From Candidatus Micrarchaeia archaeon (GTDB lineage Archaea > Micrarchaeota > Micrarchaeia > Burarchaeales > Fermentimicrarchaeaceae), in contig JAVZHX010000003.1 in NCBI GenBank assembly GCA_038871515.1, positions 47,860-111,859 on the forward strand: DNA of 64,000 nucleotides. Reading direction: 5' to 3'. Position 1 is the first letter of the stretch, and each line of letters begins with the position of its first letter. Below are positions 27,768-36,984 of this stretch, one piece after another. Position numbers and translations under genes: made by a program. The notes beneath the pieces were generated by a model, which saw nothing but the letters and a program-made list of their open reading frames with translations, had not been told where the DNA came from and made no database searches.

Positions 27768-27794
27768 TTGATACAAAATTATCAAAAATGATAA
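27768..27794. promoter_or_regulatory. Overlapping inverted repeats TTGATA-N6-TATCAA and TTATCA-N4-TGATAA beside the TATA box of AbiE module 2
   Basis: Directly before TTTAAATA at 27796. Confidence 0.5.
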
Positions 27795-27825
27795 CTTTAA
27801 ATACTTCATACAAGATAAATAAAAC

Positions 27826-28497
27826 ATGAAAGAGGAGTGGCTTGGAAGATACCCTGTGCTGAGATTCAACGATGCGGCAAGACATTTCAGGAGCAGGGAG
27901 TATGCAAGGGTTTTTCTGCACAGAATGGCAAAAGCCAACAAGGTAAGGAGAATTACAAAGGGAGTTTATGCTACAACTGACGACATCTTCGCCATTGCAT
28001 CCAACATCTACTATCCATCCTACATCTCCTTTCTCTCCGCCTCCTATCTTTATGGGTTCACAGAGGCAATCCCCATAGCCGTGCATGTTGCCACTCCGGG
28101 AAGACATAAACCACTGGAGGTTATGGGTTACAGGATAGAGTTTGTGCAGATGAAGGAAGTTTGGGGATATGGAAAGGAAAGGCGCGGCAGTGCAGATGTG
28201 TTTATCGCAAACGTTGAGAAGCTGATGATAGATGCATTCCTTAAGCCGGAGCATATGGGTAATTTTCACGAGATAGAGAGAGTTTTTGCAAATTCTGGTG
28301 GGATAGATATTGAGAAACTGAGGGAATACCTGCTCAGGCTTGGCTCTGGAAGGGTTTATAGACAGGTTGGCTTCATGCTTGAGAAGCACAAGAAAATTGA
28401 TATATGGGGCTGGATGGAGGTTGACAGAAATTACTACCACCTAAACCCCTTCCATCCAGGCAAGAAAATTAACACGAAGTGGAGGCTGAGAATATGA
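27826..28497 (+). CDS. AbiEi-like antitoxin
   Basis: RRITKGVY, PSYISFLSA..YG, EKLMID, NTKWRL. Confidence 0.87.
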   Translation: MKEEWLGRYPVLRFNDAARHFRSREYARVFLHRMAKANKVRRITKGVYATTDDIFAIASNIYYPSYISFLSASYLYGFTEAIPIAVHVATPGRHKPLEVMGYRIEFVQMKEVWGYGKERRGSADVFIANVEKLMIDAFLKPEHMGNFHEIERVFANSGGIDIEKLREYLLRLGSGRVYRQVGFMLEKHKKIDIWGWMEVDRNYYHLNPFHPGKKINTKWRLRI

Positions 28498-29243
28498 ATT
28501 CCAAGGAGCTTGGGGAGTATGCGGTAAAAAGAGGGCTGAACCTGGGGCAGGCGGAGAAGGATTACTACCAGAACATGCTGCTCTTCATCCTTTACCAGAG
28601 AGTGGGGAGGGAGCTGGTTTTCAAAGGTGGAACAGCGCTGGCGAAATGCTATGGGTTGAATAGATTTTCTGAGGATTTGGATTTCACTGCTCTGGAAACC
28701 AAGGATTACTTTGGGATGGTGGAGGAGGGGCTTGCATCTTTTGGGATGAGGTATTCCGCAAAGCGCCAGGAAGGTAAAGAAAGCGCTGCGATGATGGTGA
28801 AGGTTGAGGGGCCGCTTTACAAAGGAAGTGAGAAAACTCTCTGCAGCGTGACTGTTGAGGTGAGCTTCCGCGAGAAGGTTGTGATGGAGCCAAGGGTGGT
28901 TACAATTGGGTATCATATGGATATAATACCTGCATTTGATGTTTACGTTATGAGGGAGGAGGAGATAATGGCGGAGAAGACGCGCGCTCTCATGACAAGG
29001 GTTTCTGCAAGGGATCTTTACGATATTGGCTTTCTTGTTGCAAAGGGGGTGAATGTTGAAAAGGAGTTGATAAACGAAAAGCTCAGCGCAGTGAATTTGA
29101 AGTTTGATTATAAAGCATTTTCAAGAAAGTGCAGGGAAGCCAGAAGGGTGTGGAACTCTGAGCTCAAATCGCTTGTGAGAAACGTGCCTGATTTTGATGA
29201 TTGCATTAAAAGAGTTTTGGAGTTTTATGGGAAGTTTATGTAA
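28494..29243 (+). CDS. AbiEii/AbiGii nucleotidyltransferase toxin
   Basis: EKDY, FKGGTAL, RFSEDLDF, AEK..RDLYDI. Confidence 0.92.
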   Translation: MNSKELGEYAVKRGLNLGQAEKDYYQNMLLFILYQRVGRELVFKGGTALAKCYGLNRFSEDLDFTALETKDYFGMVEEGLASFGMRYSAKRQEGKESAAMMVKVEGPLYKGSEKTLCSVTVEVSFREKVVMEPRVVTIGYHMDIIPAFDVYVMREEEIMAEKTRALMTRVSARDLYDIGFLVAKGVNVEKELINEKLSAVNLKFDYKAFSRKCREARRVWNSELKSLVRNVPDFDDCIKRVLEFYGKFM

Positions 29244-29254
29244 CCATGGTTACA
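29239..29254. repeat. Perfect palindrome TGTAACCATGGTTACA, copy 3
   Basis: Contains the TAA stop of 28494-29243. Confidence 0.9.
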
Positions 29255-29289
29255 AATGATTATTAAATCTCTTCTGAGGTATTTTTATT

Positions 29290-29898
29290 ATGGCTGACCT
29301 GTGGTTTGTTCTTAACCGCTGGGCTTTTCCTTATCTTTTTGCAGTCACCCTTTTCTTTTTAATACATAAAGAGAAGGAGATAAGGAAATACCTGAAAAGA
29401 AAGGGAACTGTTATTGAAAAGCTCTCCTTCTTCCTTGACGGCTTCAGAGCTGAGCTCTCCACCCTTGCGGTAATTGCAATTCCTCTTGCGCTCATCCTCC
29501 AGCACTTCCTCTCCTGGCTCTTCCAGAAGGAGCTTGTTTCATTTGGAGAGCCCCTCTGGTTTTCCTCAATAACCAGCGGTTTTATCACCCCAATTGCAGA
29601 GGAGTTTGTTTTCCGTGGTTTTATACTCAGCTCTATTCTCTTTGATTTTAAAGTTATCACAAAATTCAGGAAACTTCCAAAAACCGCAGAGCTTCTCGTC
29701 TCCCTTGCTGCTCTGCTGGTTTCTTCCTTCCTTTTCAGCTTTCTTCACGAGAACGTTGCAAGGGAGCAGTTTATGATAAGATTCCTTTCAGGAGTGCTCT
29801 ACGGAGCTCTTTACCTTATGAGCAACAGAAACCTTCTCCCGCCAATCATTGCGCATGCTGTTTGGAACTGGAGCTTGATGATAAGGGATGTGTTATGA
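29290..29898 (+). CDS. CPBP/Abi (CAAX type II) intramembrane metalloprotease
   Basis: EEFVFRG, FSFLH, HAVWN. Confidence 0.9.
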   Translation: MADLWFVLNRWAFPYLFAVTLFFLIHKEKEIRKYLKRKGTVIEKLSFFLDGFRAELSTLAVIAIPLALILQHFLSWLFQKELVSFGEPLWFSSITSGFITPIAEEFVFRGFILSSILFDFKVITKFRKLPKTAELLVSLAALLVSSFLFSFLHENVAREQFMIRFLSGVLYGALYLMSNRNLLPPIIAHAVWNWSLMIRDVL

Positions 29899-29924
29899 GA
29901 GCAAACGTAAGTATGTCACATTCC

Positions 29925-30587
29925 TTACCTGAATTTATAGTGTTTACCAAATAGTTGTAGGCATAACGGACAAATATATAACCATTGGTGGACTACTTTT
30001 TCCTTGCCTTTATATGAGGGCATATCCTTAGTTTCGATATCTCTAACAAACTCGTAGGGTATCCCTCGTTCTAGTGCCCTGTTGAAGCTGTTACTATAAT
30101 TGTCAAGTGAAATAAGCGAACCACACAGCATGCATTCTCCCATATTCATTTTCACAAGAAGTTTGAGCATTTTTTCTTTATCAGGCTGGAAAAGGCGGGA
30201 ACCTACAACTTCTGAACAGCCGTATTTCCGTTTTATCTGTATCAGACCAACCCCCAATTGGGATGCTAGCTCTATCTGTGGTGTTGTGAATTCCTCTTTG
30301 CATGCAAGGTAAACTCTATGGGTACAGAGGGAATAGCCTAGTGTTTGACCAATCTTTTTCCCGAAGTGATATGTTTTGGGTTTGACCTCTACATTAGTGC
30401 ACACTTGATTTTGGATAGGTCTATTTTTTAAAATAACTTCACTTGGATCCTTACCCATACAAATTAATACTTTTTTTATTTTTAAGTAGATTAGGAAAAT
30501 TTTACTAAGATCTGCAACTTTACACATATTAGATAAAAAGTCATCGGTTTCTACTCCGGATATTTCGGATTTTTGATTTCTTTTCAT
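29925..30587 (-). CDS. PD-(D/E)xK nuclease-like protein with zinc ribbon, possibly N-terminally degenerate
   Basis: VEVK..GQ..GY...HRVYLA..GVGLI; CMLC/CPLC; start uncertain. Confidence 0.5.
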   Translation of the reverse strand: MKRNQKSEISGVETDDFLSNMCKVADLSKIFLIYLKIKKVLICMGKDPSEVILKNRPIQNQVCTNVEVKPKTYHFGKKIGQTLGYSLCTHRVYLACKEEFTTPQIELASQLGVGLIQIKRKYGCSEVVGSRLFQPDKEKMLKLLVKMNMGECMLCGSLISLDNYSNSFNRALERGIPYEFVRDIETKDMPSYKGKEKVVHQWLYICPLCLQLFGKHYKFR

Positions 30588-31188
30588 ATTTCAATTTTAG
30601 GGAAGACTCAATTATATCAGTCATACAATCGTTTCTTAGTTTTTGTATCAAAAACCAGTAAGTAAATAATTGCTTTTCCTTTTCCTGATAATCTTTAAAT
30701 TTTTTTGAGAGGATTTTCCAGAATCTTTCATTATGCTTTTTTTCAATTAAATGAAGCATCTCATGAAACGTTATGTATTCAATTAACTCTTTAGGAAGAA
30801 ACCTCATAAGAGTATTAAACGTCAAATTTCTCTTAGAGCTACAGCTCGCCCATTTTGTTTTCATTTTTCTGAAAAAAACTTTTTTTACATTAATTTTTAA
30901 CTGAGTCTTCTCAGAATTAACTATACCAAGAATTAATTGTTTGAATTCCTTCTCTGTTCTGTTTGTTTCAAGCTCAATTTTTTCTGCAGACGCCAGAACA
31001 TCATTTATCTCCCGAATCTTTTTGCGTATCCACTTGTCATGTTTTTCCAATATGACTGCTTCATCTTTGTATGCAACAGGCAGTATCAAGCAAAGGCTAC
31101 CTGTTTTAAATTCCAACCTTGGATAGCGTATCTGACGGTAGTAAGTTTTGTATTCCACTCCACAATACTCATTAACTTGCGGTTCCAT
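30541..31188 (-). CDS. YgjP/M48-like metalloprotease associated with type I RM
   Basis: MKTKWASCS, HEMLHL..H..FW. Confidence 0.88.
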   Translation of the reverse strand: MEPQVNEYCGVEYKTYYRQIRYPRLEFKTGSLCLILPVAYKDEAVILEKHDKWIRKKIREINDVLASAEKIELETNRTEKEFKQLILGIVNSEKTQLKINVKKVFFRKMKTKWASCSSKRNLTFNTLMRFLPKELIEYITFHEMLHLIEKKHNERFWKILSKKFKDYQEKEKQLFTYWFLIQKLRNDCMTDIIESSLKLKYEKKSKIRNIRSRNR

Positions 31189-34186
31189 AATTTCTCACAT
31201 TCTTCACTAACTTTTGATATAACTCATCCATCTCTTGGTATGTGATTCCTCGGTTGATATACCTCCTCAAGAATAACCTGATTTTTCTCTCAACCTCTTT
31301 CCGTGCAGTTTGTTGTAGTAACCAACCCGGGAACATCTCCTTGTTCAAATCAGCTGAAAGCTTTCTTACATCTCCAATTAACTCCCCACTTCTCCCTAAC
31401 TTCTCTTCCAAGGTTAGCAGAAATGAATACTCAAGATTGGAGAGATTTAACTCCCTCTGCCTTGCGGATAAGCTATTTATTTCATTAAGAATTTCCTTTC
31501 CTTCCTCATAGATTTTTTCTATATCCTTGTTTTTCTCTTTCCACAAGCGCAGTATTCTCTCAGCTTTTTCGCTGATGGACTCGTAAACAGGGTTCTTGTA
31601 TTTGTCAACTAAAACGAATTTGTTTATGGTGAAAACCAGATTAGCAGCTTTCTCTTCTCTTTCTTTAACTTTTTCTTCCAAATTATTTAGATAATTCTCA
31701 TCAAATTCTATTATTGGTAAATCTCTCTTCAATTTCTCTATTTCCGTTGATTTGTGTATGTATTTCACTGTCTTTCTAAAGTAATTTTCAAAGTATTTCG
31801 TTTCTTCCTGCGGTCGTGTTCTCAGCACGCTTATTGTATAATATGTGTAAATTGCGCTTAACCACTGATAATCCTCTATATTCACTAATTTCTCCTCATC
31901 ATAACCTAACAACTCAAACAACCTTCTGAGCTCCTTATACTTTTCAAGGAATTCTTTACCTATTTTTTCATTACTCGTGAGAATTTCAATTGCTCTAAGC
32001 AGCGTTTTTCTATCGTATACCGTCTTTGGCACCTCTTCAAATATCTTCATTATATCTTTAATTGATTTTGTGAATTGACTTCTCAACTCATCAATGTTTG
32101 TGAGAACTTCTCCAATGTCCTCCTTGCTATAAATTTCAAATGCTTTTTCAAATGCTTTTAGAGTGCCCACATAATCCACCACAAGCCCAGCTTCTTTTGC
32201 TTCCCCGTATGGTCTATTTGTCCTAGCAACTGCCTGAAGGAGTCTATGCTCTTTAAGAGGTTTATCAAGATACATTGTTTGCAGGTTTGGCGCATCAAAG
32301 CCAGTCAGAAGCATATCGGTGACTATTATTATCTTTGGGTGCTCCTCCTCCTTGAACTTCTCTATAATTTCTTTCCGTATCTCCTCAACCTCCCTTCCTC
32401 TGAACCTCTCCTCAAGCTCTTTTTTGTATTCAGCCACCTCACCTTTATCATCAGCCTCAAACGTCATAACGACTTCTGAGTATTCTCTGGGGAGCAGACT
32501 ATCCAGCATTTTCTTGTAGCGAACACATGCAAGTCTGCTTCCCGCCACAACCATCGCTTTAAACCTTCTATCAATATTCTCTTTAAAGTGCTTTGCAACA
32601 TCCTCGCTGATTATCTTTATTCTTTCAGGATTCTCAAGCACCAACTTTATTGAGTTCAACTGCTCCTTAATTTTCTTCTCTAGATTTTCCCTAAGCTCTT
32701 CGGGCAACTCCTCAAACTCAGAAGTTAAAAACGCTTCAAGCTTCTCCCTATCCAGATGCACCTTCTTCTCAAGCCTTGGCTGGTAAGCAATTTTTAAAGT
32801 GAATTTATCCCTTATAGAATCCGTGATGAAGTATTTATCCAAGTACCTCTCTCCATGAGGGCTGAATGCGTGGTACGTATCCCTATGCTTCTTTGCTATT
32901 GGCGTCCCCGTGAAAGCAAAGAAGAACGCATTCTTCAGGATACCTCTCATCCCAGTTGCAAGGGACGCATATTGACTTCTATGCGCCTCATCCACAAATG
33001 CGATAACATTCTTCCTTGTGAGTATGGATATCTGACTTTCAGATAATCTCATCAACTCCTCTCGCACTTCCTTCATCTCCTCTGGTCTGAATTTATGTAT
33101 CAAAGTGATGAACAGCCCCCTCTTTCCTCTTCCCCCATCATGCAGAATAACCTTCTTCAGCTGGTCTATGCTTGCAACTAACTCAGGAGTAGTTATATCC
33201 AACGCAAGAAGCTCTCCGTTAAGCTGCTCCTGCAGCTCAACTCTATCAATTATGAAGAAGATTGTTGGGTTTTGTAACCGCACATCACAGAATAATTTAT
33301 TTGCTGCAAATATCATAGTAAGCGTCTTTCCAGAACCCTGCCAGTGCCATATCAGTCCACTATTTTTTGTTTCCTTACCCTCCAGATTATTTAAAACTCT
33401 TTCAACTATTTTATTGGCTGCTCTGTATTGCATATACCTGGGCAAAACCTTTGTGGAGCTTCCAAACTCAACTCTGAAAAATAAGAAATTCTTTATAACA
33501 TCCATCAGAATTGCTGGGGTGAGCATTTCCACAATGGAATCTATTGAATCCTTGCCCTCTTCTTTCCACTCATAAACCTTTACATCCTCCTGCCATGGAA
33601 CAATTGGGAAGTATTTGGCTATCTGCTCAGCTGCAACCCCAATCTGCACGTATTTGTAAAGCTCTGGAGCATATTGTTCATATTCTTTAATTTGTTTATA
33701 CGCATCATACCAGTTTTGGGAAAAACTCACTGGGCTTTTGCATTCAATCTCTACAAGTGGAATTCCATTAACGTAAAGCATTATATCTGTCCTTATGCGC
33801 TTGCTTCCCTGGTATTCCACCTGTCTGCTTATGATAAATTCATTATTCATCAACTTTTCATAATCAAAAAGTTTAACATACCTCACAACTCTGTCTTTTT
33901 CAAATTTCACAGGCACTCCATTCTTAAAGAAGTTTAGAATTTGCCTGCTGCCTTCCTGTCCTGACGGTTTTAATTTCAATTCATTTAATACGTGCTTTAT
34001 TTCCTCCCCCCCTAACCCCATATGTGAATTCAATTTCTTTAATGCGTTAGTAAGGTTGGAAATCAGCAACACTTCTTCGTAACTTTCTCTCTTCAGCTCC
34101 TCAGAGCTAACCAACTGCCATCCTTTTTCTTGAAGTTTTTCAACAATATAATCCTCAACAACCGATTTTTCAGTGAAAGATTTCAT
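31172..34186 (-). CDS. hsdR: Type I restriction enzyme R subunit
   Basis: NGIPLVEIECK, WHWQGSGKT, DEAHRSQY, FTGTP, MLLTGFDAP, QAVARTNR. Confidence 0.96.
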   Translation of the reverse strand: MKSFTEKSVVEDYIVEKLQEKGWQLVSSEELKRESYEEVLLISNLTNALKKLNSHMGLGGEEIKHVLNELKLKPSGQEGSRQILNFFKNGVPVKFEKDRVVRYVKLFDYEKLMNNEFIISRQVEYQGSKRIRTDIMLYVNGIPLVEIECKSPVSFSQNWYDAYKQIKEYEQYAPELYKYVQIGVAAEQIAKYFPIVPWQEDVKVYEWKEEGKDSIDSIVEMLTPAILMDVIKNFLFFRVEFGSSTKVLPRYMQYRAANKIVERVLNNLEGKETKNSGLIWHWQGSGKTLTMIFAANKLFCDVRLQNPTIFFIIDRVELQEQLNGELLALDITTPELVASIDQLKKVILHDGGRGKRGLFITLIHKFRPEEMKEVREELMRLSESQISILTRKNVIAFVDEAHRSQYASLATGMRGILKNAFFFAFTGTPIAKKHRDTYHAFSPHGERYLDKYFITDSIRDKFTLKIAYQPRLEKKVHLDREKLEAFLTSEFEELPEELRENLEKKIKEQLNSIKLVLENPERIKIISEDVAKHFKENIDRRFKAMVVAGSRLACVRYKKMLDSLLPREYSEVVMTFEADDKGEVAEYKKELEERFRGREVEEIRKEIIEKFKEEEHPKIIIVTDMLLTGFDAPNLQTMYLDKPLKEHRLLQAVARTNRPYGEAKEAGLVVDYVGTLKAFEKAFEIYSKEDIGEVLTNIDELRSQFTKSIKDIMKIFEEVPKTVYDRKTLLRAIEILTSNEKIGKEFLEKYKELRRLFELLGYDEEKLVNIEDYQWLSAIYTYYTISVLRTRPQEETKYFENYFRKTVKYIHKSTEIEKLKRDLPIIEFDENYLNNLEEKVKEREEKAANLVFTINKFVLVDKYKNPVYESISEKAERILRLWKEKNKDIEKIYEEGKEILNEINSLSARQRELNLSNLEYSFLLTLEEKLGRSGELIGDVRKLSADLNKEMFPGWLLQQTARKEVERKIRLFLRRYINRGITYQEMDELYQKLVKNVRNYGTAS

Positions 34187-34191
34187 TTAAA

Positions 34192-34734
34192 TCAACCTTT
34201 TGGAATTTTCTTTTCAATAAATTTTTTAAAGAAAGGTTTTATCTTACTATACATCAACTCAAAAATCTTCTTTTTGATGTCAAATTTGAATATATTAACT
34301 GCAAGAAAATCACCAAATATAGCCAAAGTTAGAAAAATGTTGAGGAATAAGGAGATATTAAAGAAAAGAATAAGTTGGTTATAAACAGAGATAAACTTAT
34401 TGTTTACAAGGTCTATCTTTTGGTTGATATAATTAATCTCCATTTGAGTGATATTAAATGAATTTTTAATATCTTCTACATCCTTTTTTGTTATATTCTC
34501 TTTTATTAGTCTATCGTAATCCAGACTTAAATTCTGCAGTTTAGTTTCAGCTTGATTGAGTCGATTCTCCAGATCGGCTATTTCTGCATCTTTCTGCTGA
34601 ATAGCCAGTAAATATGGTTTAATTTGCTGTTCACAAGACAGATTACTTAAGCTGTTTATGATAGCCGATAGAATAGACATAGAGATTAACAGTACAATAA
34701 TGCAGATAATGGCTTCTATATAATCTGTCATCAA
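34192..34734 (-). CDS. TM-coiled-coil-TM protein (cargo inside the RM operon)
   Basis: Hydrophobic ends, heptad-rich centre, very AT-rich DNA. Confidence 0.65.
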   Translation of the reverse strand: MMTDYIEAIICIIVLLISMSILSAIINSLSNLSCEQQIKPYLLAIQQKDAEIADLENRLNQAETKLQNLSLDYDRLIKENITKKDVEDIKNSFNITQMEINYINQKIDLVNNKFISVYNQLILFFNISLFLNIFLTLAIFGDFLAVNIFKFDIKKKIFELMYSKIKPFFKKFIEKKIPKG

Positions 34735-35963
34735 ATCACCTTCACTCTCTTTCTTCCAGTAAGCAAATCATTCATCAAACCTTTCTTAATTCTTTCAAGT
34801 TTTTCTTTTCTTTTTCTTTCAAGCTCTAATTTTTCGTCCACACTGCTGAGCATCTCGACGATTTTTTGCTGTTCAGATAATGAGGGGAGAGACATTTTTA
34901 ATGAATGCACTAACTCTCTCTTTAATCCAGGCACTACATCAGCTAAATGGAATTTCGCAGGGTTTAAGTAGGTTAATTTATAAAATAACCACCTCAAAAA
35001 GATGTTGGATATCTTAGGTTTCACGTAATAAGTTGTGTCTATCGGCCAAAAATCTTGATCTATCCACGAAACTGCCCCAATAGTTCCTTTCCTTCCTACA
35101 ACTATCCCCGGACCCTTTACTAATGCTTTATTATGATAACCAACAATGCCGTTAGAGCCAACAACAGGATAGTCTCCTGAAATTCTCTCTCTTTCAGGTA
35201 AACCCTTTCCATACTCTAACGATAGGATATTACCGACTTTTACAACTTCCCAATCCTTTGGAATCCTTCCAATCTCAGTATCCTTAAACTCCTTATGCCC
35301 TATTCCTTTTGTCAAAAGCTCCTGCATCAAGCCCTTCTTCAATCTCTCAGTTTTTTCTATAATCTCATCAACTTTTTGAATTGCATCATCTACTGTTGAG
35401 AGAATTTCTGCGATTTTTTGTTGTTCAAGAAGTGGGGGCAGTGATATGGAAAAATTACCAACTACGCCATGATTCAGATGTAATACATTAGTTCCTTGAG
35501 CTGAGGCTTTCATTTTCTGACGTATAGGGTTATATGTTAGGCAATAAAACAAGAACTCACTATCAATTTTAGATTTATCAAAAATTAGCTTGGTCAAATC
35601 CATTGAGTAAACACACTTTTCAGCCATATTTTTAATTAAGATAGGAGCACCAATTATGAAACCCTTAGCCATATCGGTATTAGCAATAAGCACATCACCG
35701 TTCTCAACAAAAAATTCAGAACTCACCTGTTCATCTTTACTAAGATAGATTTTTTTAGCAATCCTCTTTAGTCCGCCTTCTTTCTCCACATCGTTAATAG
35801 TAATAAATCTAAATTGAGTCATATTACTACTGAGCTGATCACTACGGTATGAGAAACCTCTTCTGAACTCGCATATGGTTGCGAATCTCCTAATTTCCCA
35901 CTCCTTTGGAATTTTGCCAATAGGAGTTTGTTTATGCCCTATATGAAGTTTTTCATTGCTCAT
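34731..35963 (-). CDS. hsdS: Type I restriction enzyme S subunit
   Basis: IG.IPK.W twice, P.L.EQQKI twice, KKGLM..LLT. Confidence 0.95.
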   Translation of the reverse strand: MSNEKLHIGHKQTPIGKIPKEWEIRRFATICEFRRGFSYRSDQLSSNMTQFRFITINDVEKEGGLKRIAKKIYLSKDEQVSSEFFVENGDVLIANTDMAKGFIIGAPILIKNMAEKCVYSMDLTKLIFDKSKIDSEFLFYCLTYNPIRQKMKASAQGTNVLHLNHGVVGNFSISLPPLLEQQKIAEILSTVDDAIQKVDEIIEKTERLKKGLMQELLTKGIGHKEFKDTEIGRIPKDWEVVKVGNILSLEYGKGLPERERISGDYPVVGSNGIVGYHNKALVKGPGIVVGRKGTIGAVSWIDQDFWPIDTTYYVKPKISNIFLRWLFYKLTYLNPAKFHLADVVPGLKRELVHSLKMSLPSLSEQQKIVEMLSSVDEKLELERKRKEKLERIKKGLMNDLLTGRKRVKVI

Positions 35964-36984
35964 TATAACCACTAATTTTATCGATAAGTTCCTTACGAGA
36001 AGAATCATTTATCTTCAGATTAACTAAATTCATAGTATTACCGATGGGAAGCACTAAATCAATCTGTTTAAAAATCGTACTAAGACGATTTTGTTTTTTT
36101 GCGAATTTTACATATGCTTGTATGAAATGTTTTGGTAAAGAAAATTGTCCGAATCTAATATTCTTAATAGATTTTATTATCAGATTTGTATCATTTTCTA
36201 ATTCGAGTTTAATTTCTTTATGTTTTTTAGGAACTCTCTTATTTGTTGTTAAAATGTGAATCGGAAAATTTTTATCGAGAACTCCAATATACGAATTGAC
36301 TCTCAAGAGATATGAATTTATTTTGTCAACTACTTTATCATAATTCTGTCTCTTAACTTCCATTCTTAAATTTTTAAATTGTTCAACTTCTTTAAAAATT
36401 TTGAAATCGGTATCTACTAATTTTGAAAATTTAATTTGCTTTAATTGTTGATTTACTAATTTGCTGATTCTTTTCATTATTGCAGAATTTTCATATGAAA
36501 AATAACTGATACCATGGGCGAACATAAGCTCTTCTGCACTTTTTACAAAACCTTTCATAGAAAAAAATACGGGGCGGTAGGTCACTCGTGGTTGTAAAAT
36601 ATCGGTATATCTTATTTCCTGTGGAGTTTTCGTATTAACTCGGTTGAATTGTACGATATCGATGTATTTCCCTAGAAAATCACGAACTTCTTCAATTCTA
36701 ACTTTTCGATTAAAATTTTTAGCTTCGGCTACAAGGAAAATTGGGTTTACAAATGGAATTCCTAATTTAAATACTCCCATAACATCTATCTGATGTCGAG
36801 CTCCTCTTCCATGCAACCCTGTTTTTTTGATATTATACTGCTGAAAATAATCCATTTCACAAAAACCAGCTTTTTTAGTAAGCTCTTTGATGATAGATTC
36901 GAATATTAAACCTTTTACATATGCCTCGTTTTTAGCATATCTTTTGAGGACCGCCCCTCTACGTTTTTTTCTTTTGTATTTCAT
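35953..36984 (-). CDS. Mrr-like PD-(D/E)xK endonuclease (cargo between hsdM and hsdS)
   Basis: GLIFE..GRGARHQIDV..AEAK..V.IEEVRDF.G. Confidence 0.7.
   Translation of the reverse strand: MKYKRKKRRGAVLKRYAKNEAYVKGLIFESIIKELTKKAGFCEMDYFQQYNIKKTGLHGRGARHQIDVMGVFKLGIPFVNPIFLVAEAKNFNRKVRIEEVRDFLGKYIDIVQFNRVNTKTPQEIRYTDILQPRVTYRPVFFSMKGFVKSAEELMFAHGISYFSYENSAIMKRISKLVNQQLKQIKFSKLVDTDFKIFKEVEQFKNLRMEVKRQNYDKVVDKINSYLLRVNSYIGVLDKNFPIHILTTNKRVPKKHKEIKLELENDTNLIIKSIKNIRFGQFSLPKHFIQAYVKFAKKQNRLSTIFKQIDLVLPIGNTMNLVNLKINDSSRKELIDKISGYNEQ

Noticed and set aside
27739..28440. Long antisense ORFs (also 40271-40972, 47553-48167, 53440-54114 and others)
   Set aside because: Shadows of well-supported genes on the opposite strand, with no motifs.
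26436..29254. Palindromes as a CRISPR array or canonical integron attC sites
   Set aside because: Spacing is 1.3-1.5 kb with genes in between; the sites are only 16 bp and lack GTTRRRY and L boxes; no cas or intI gene in the window.
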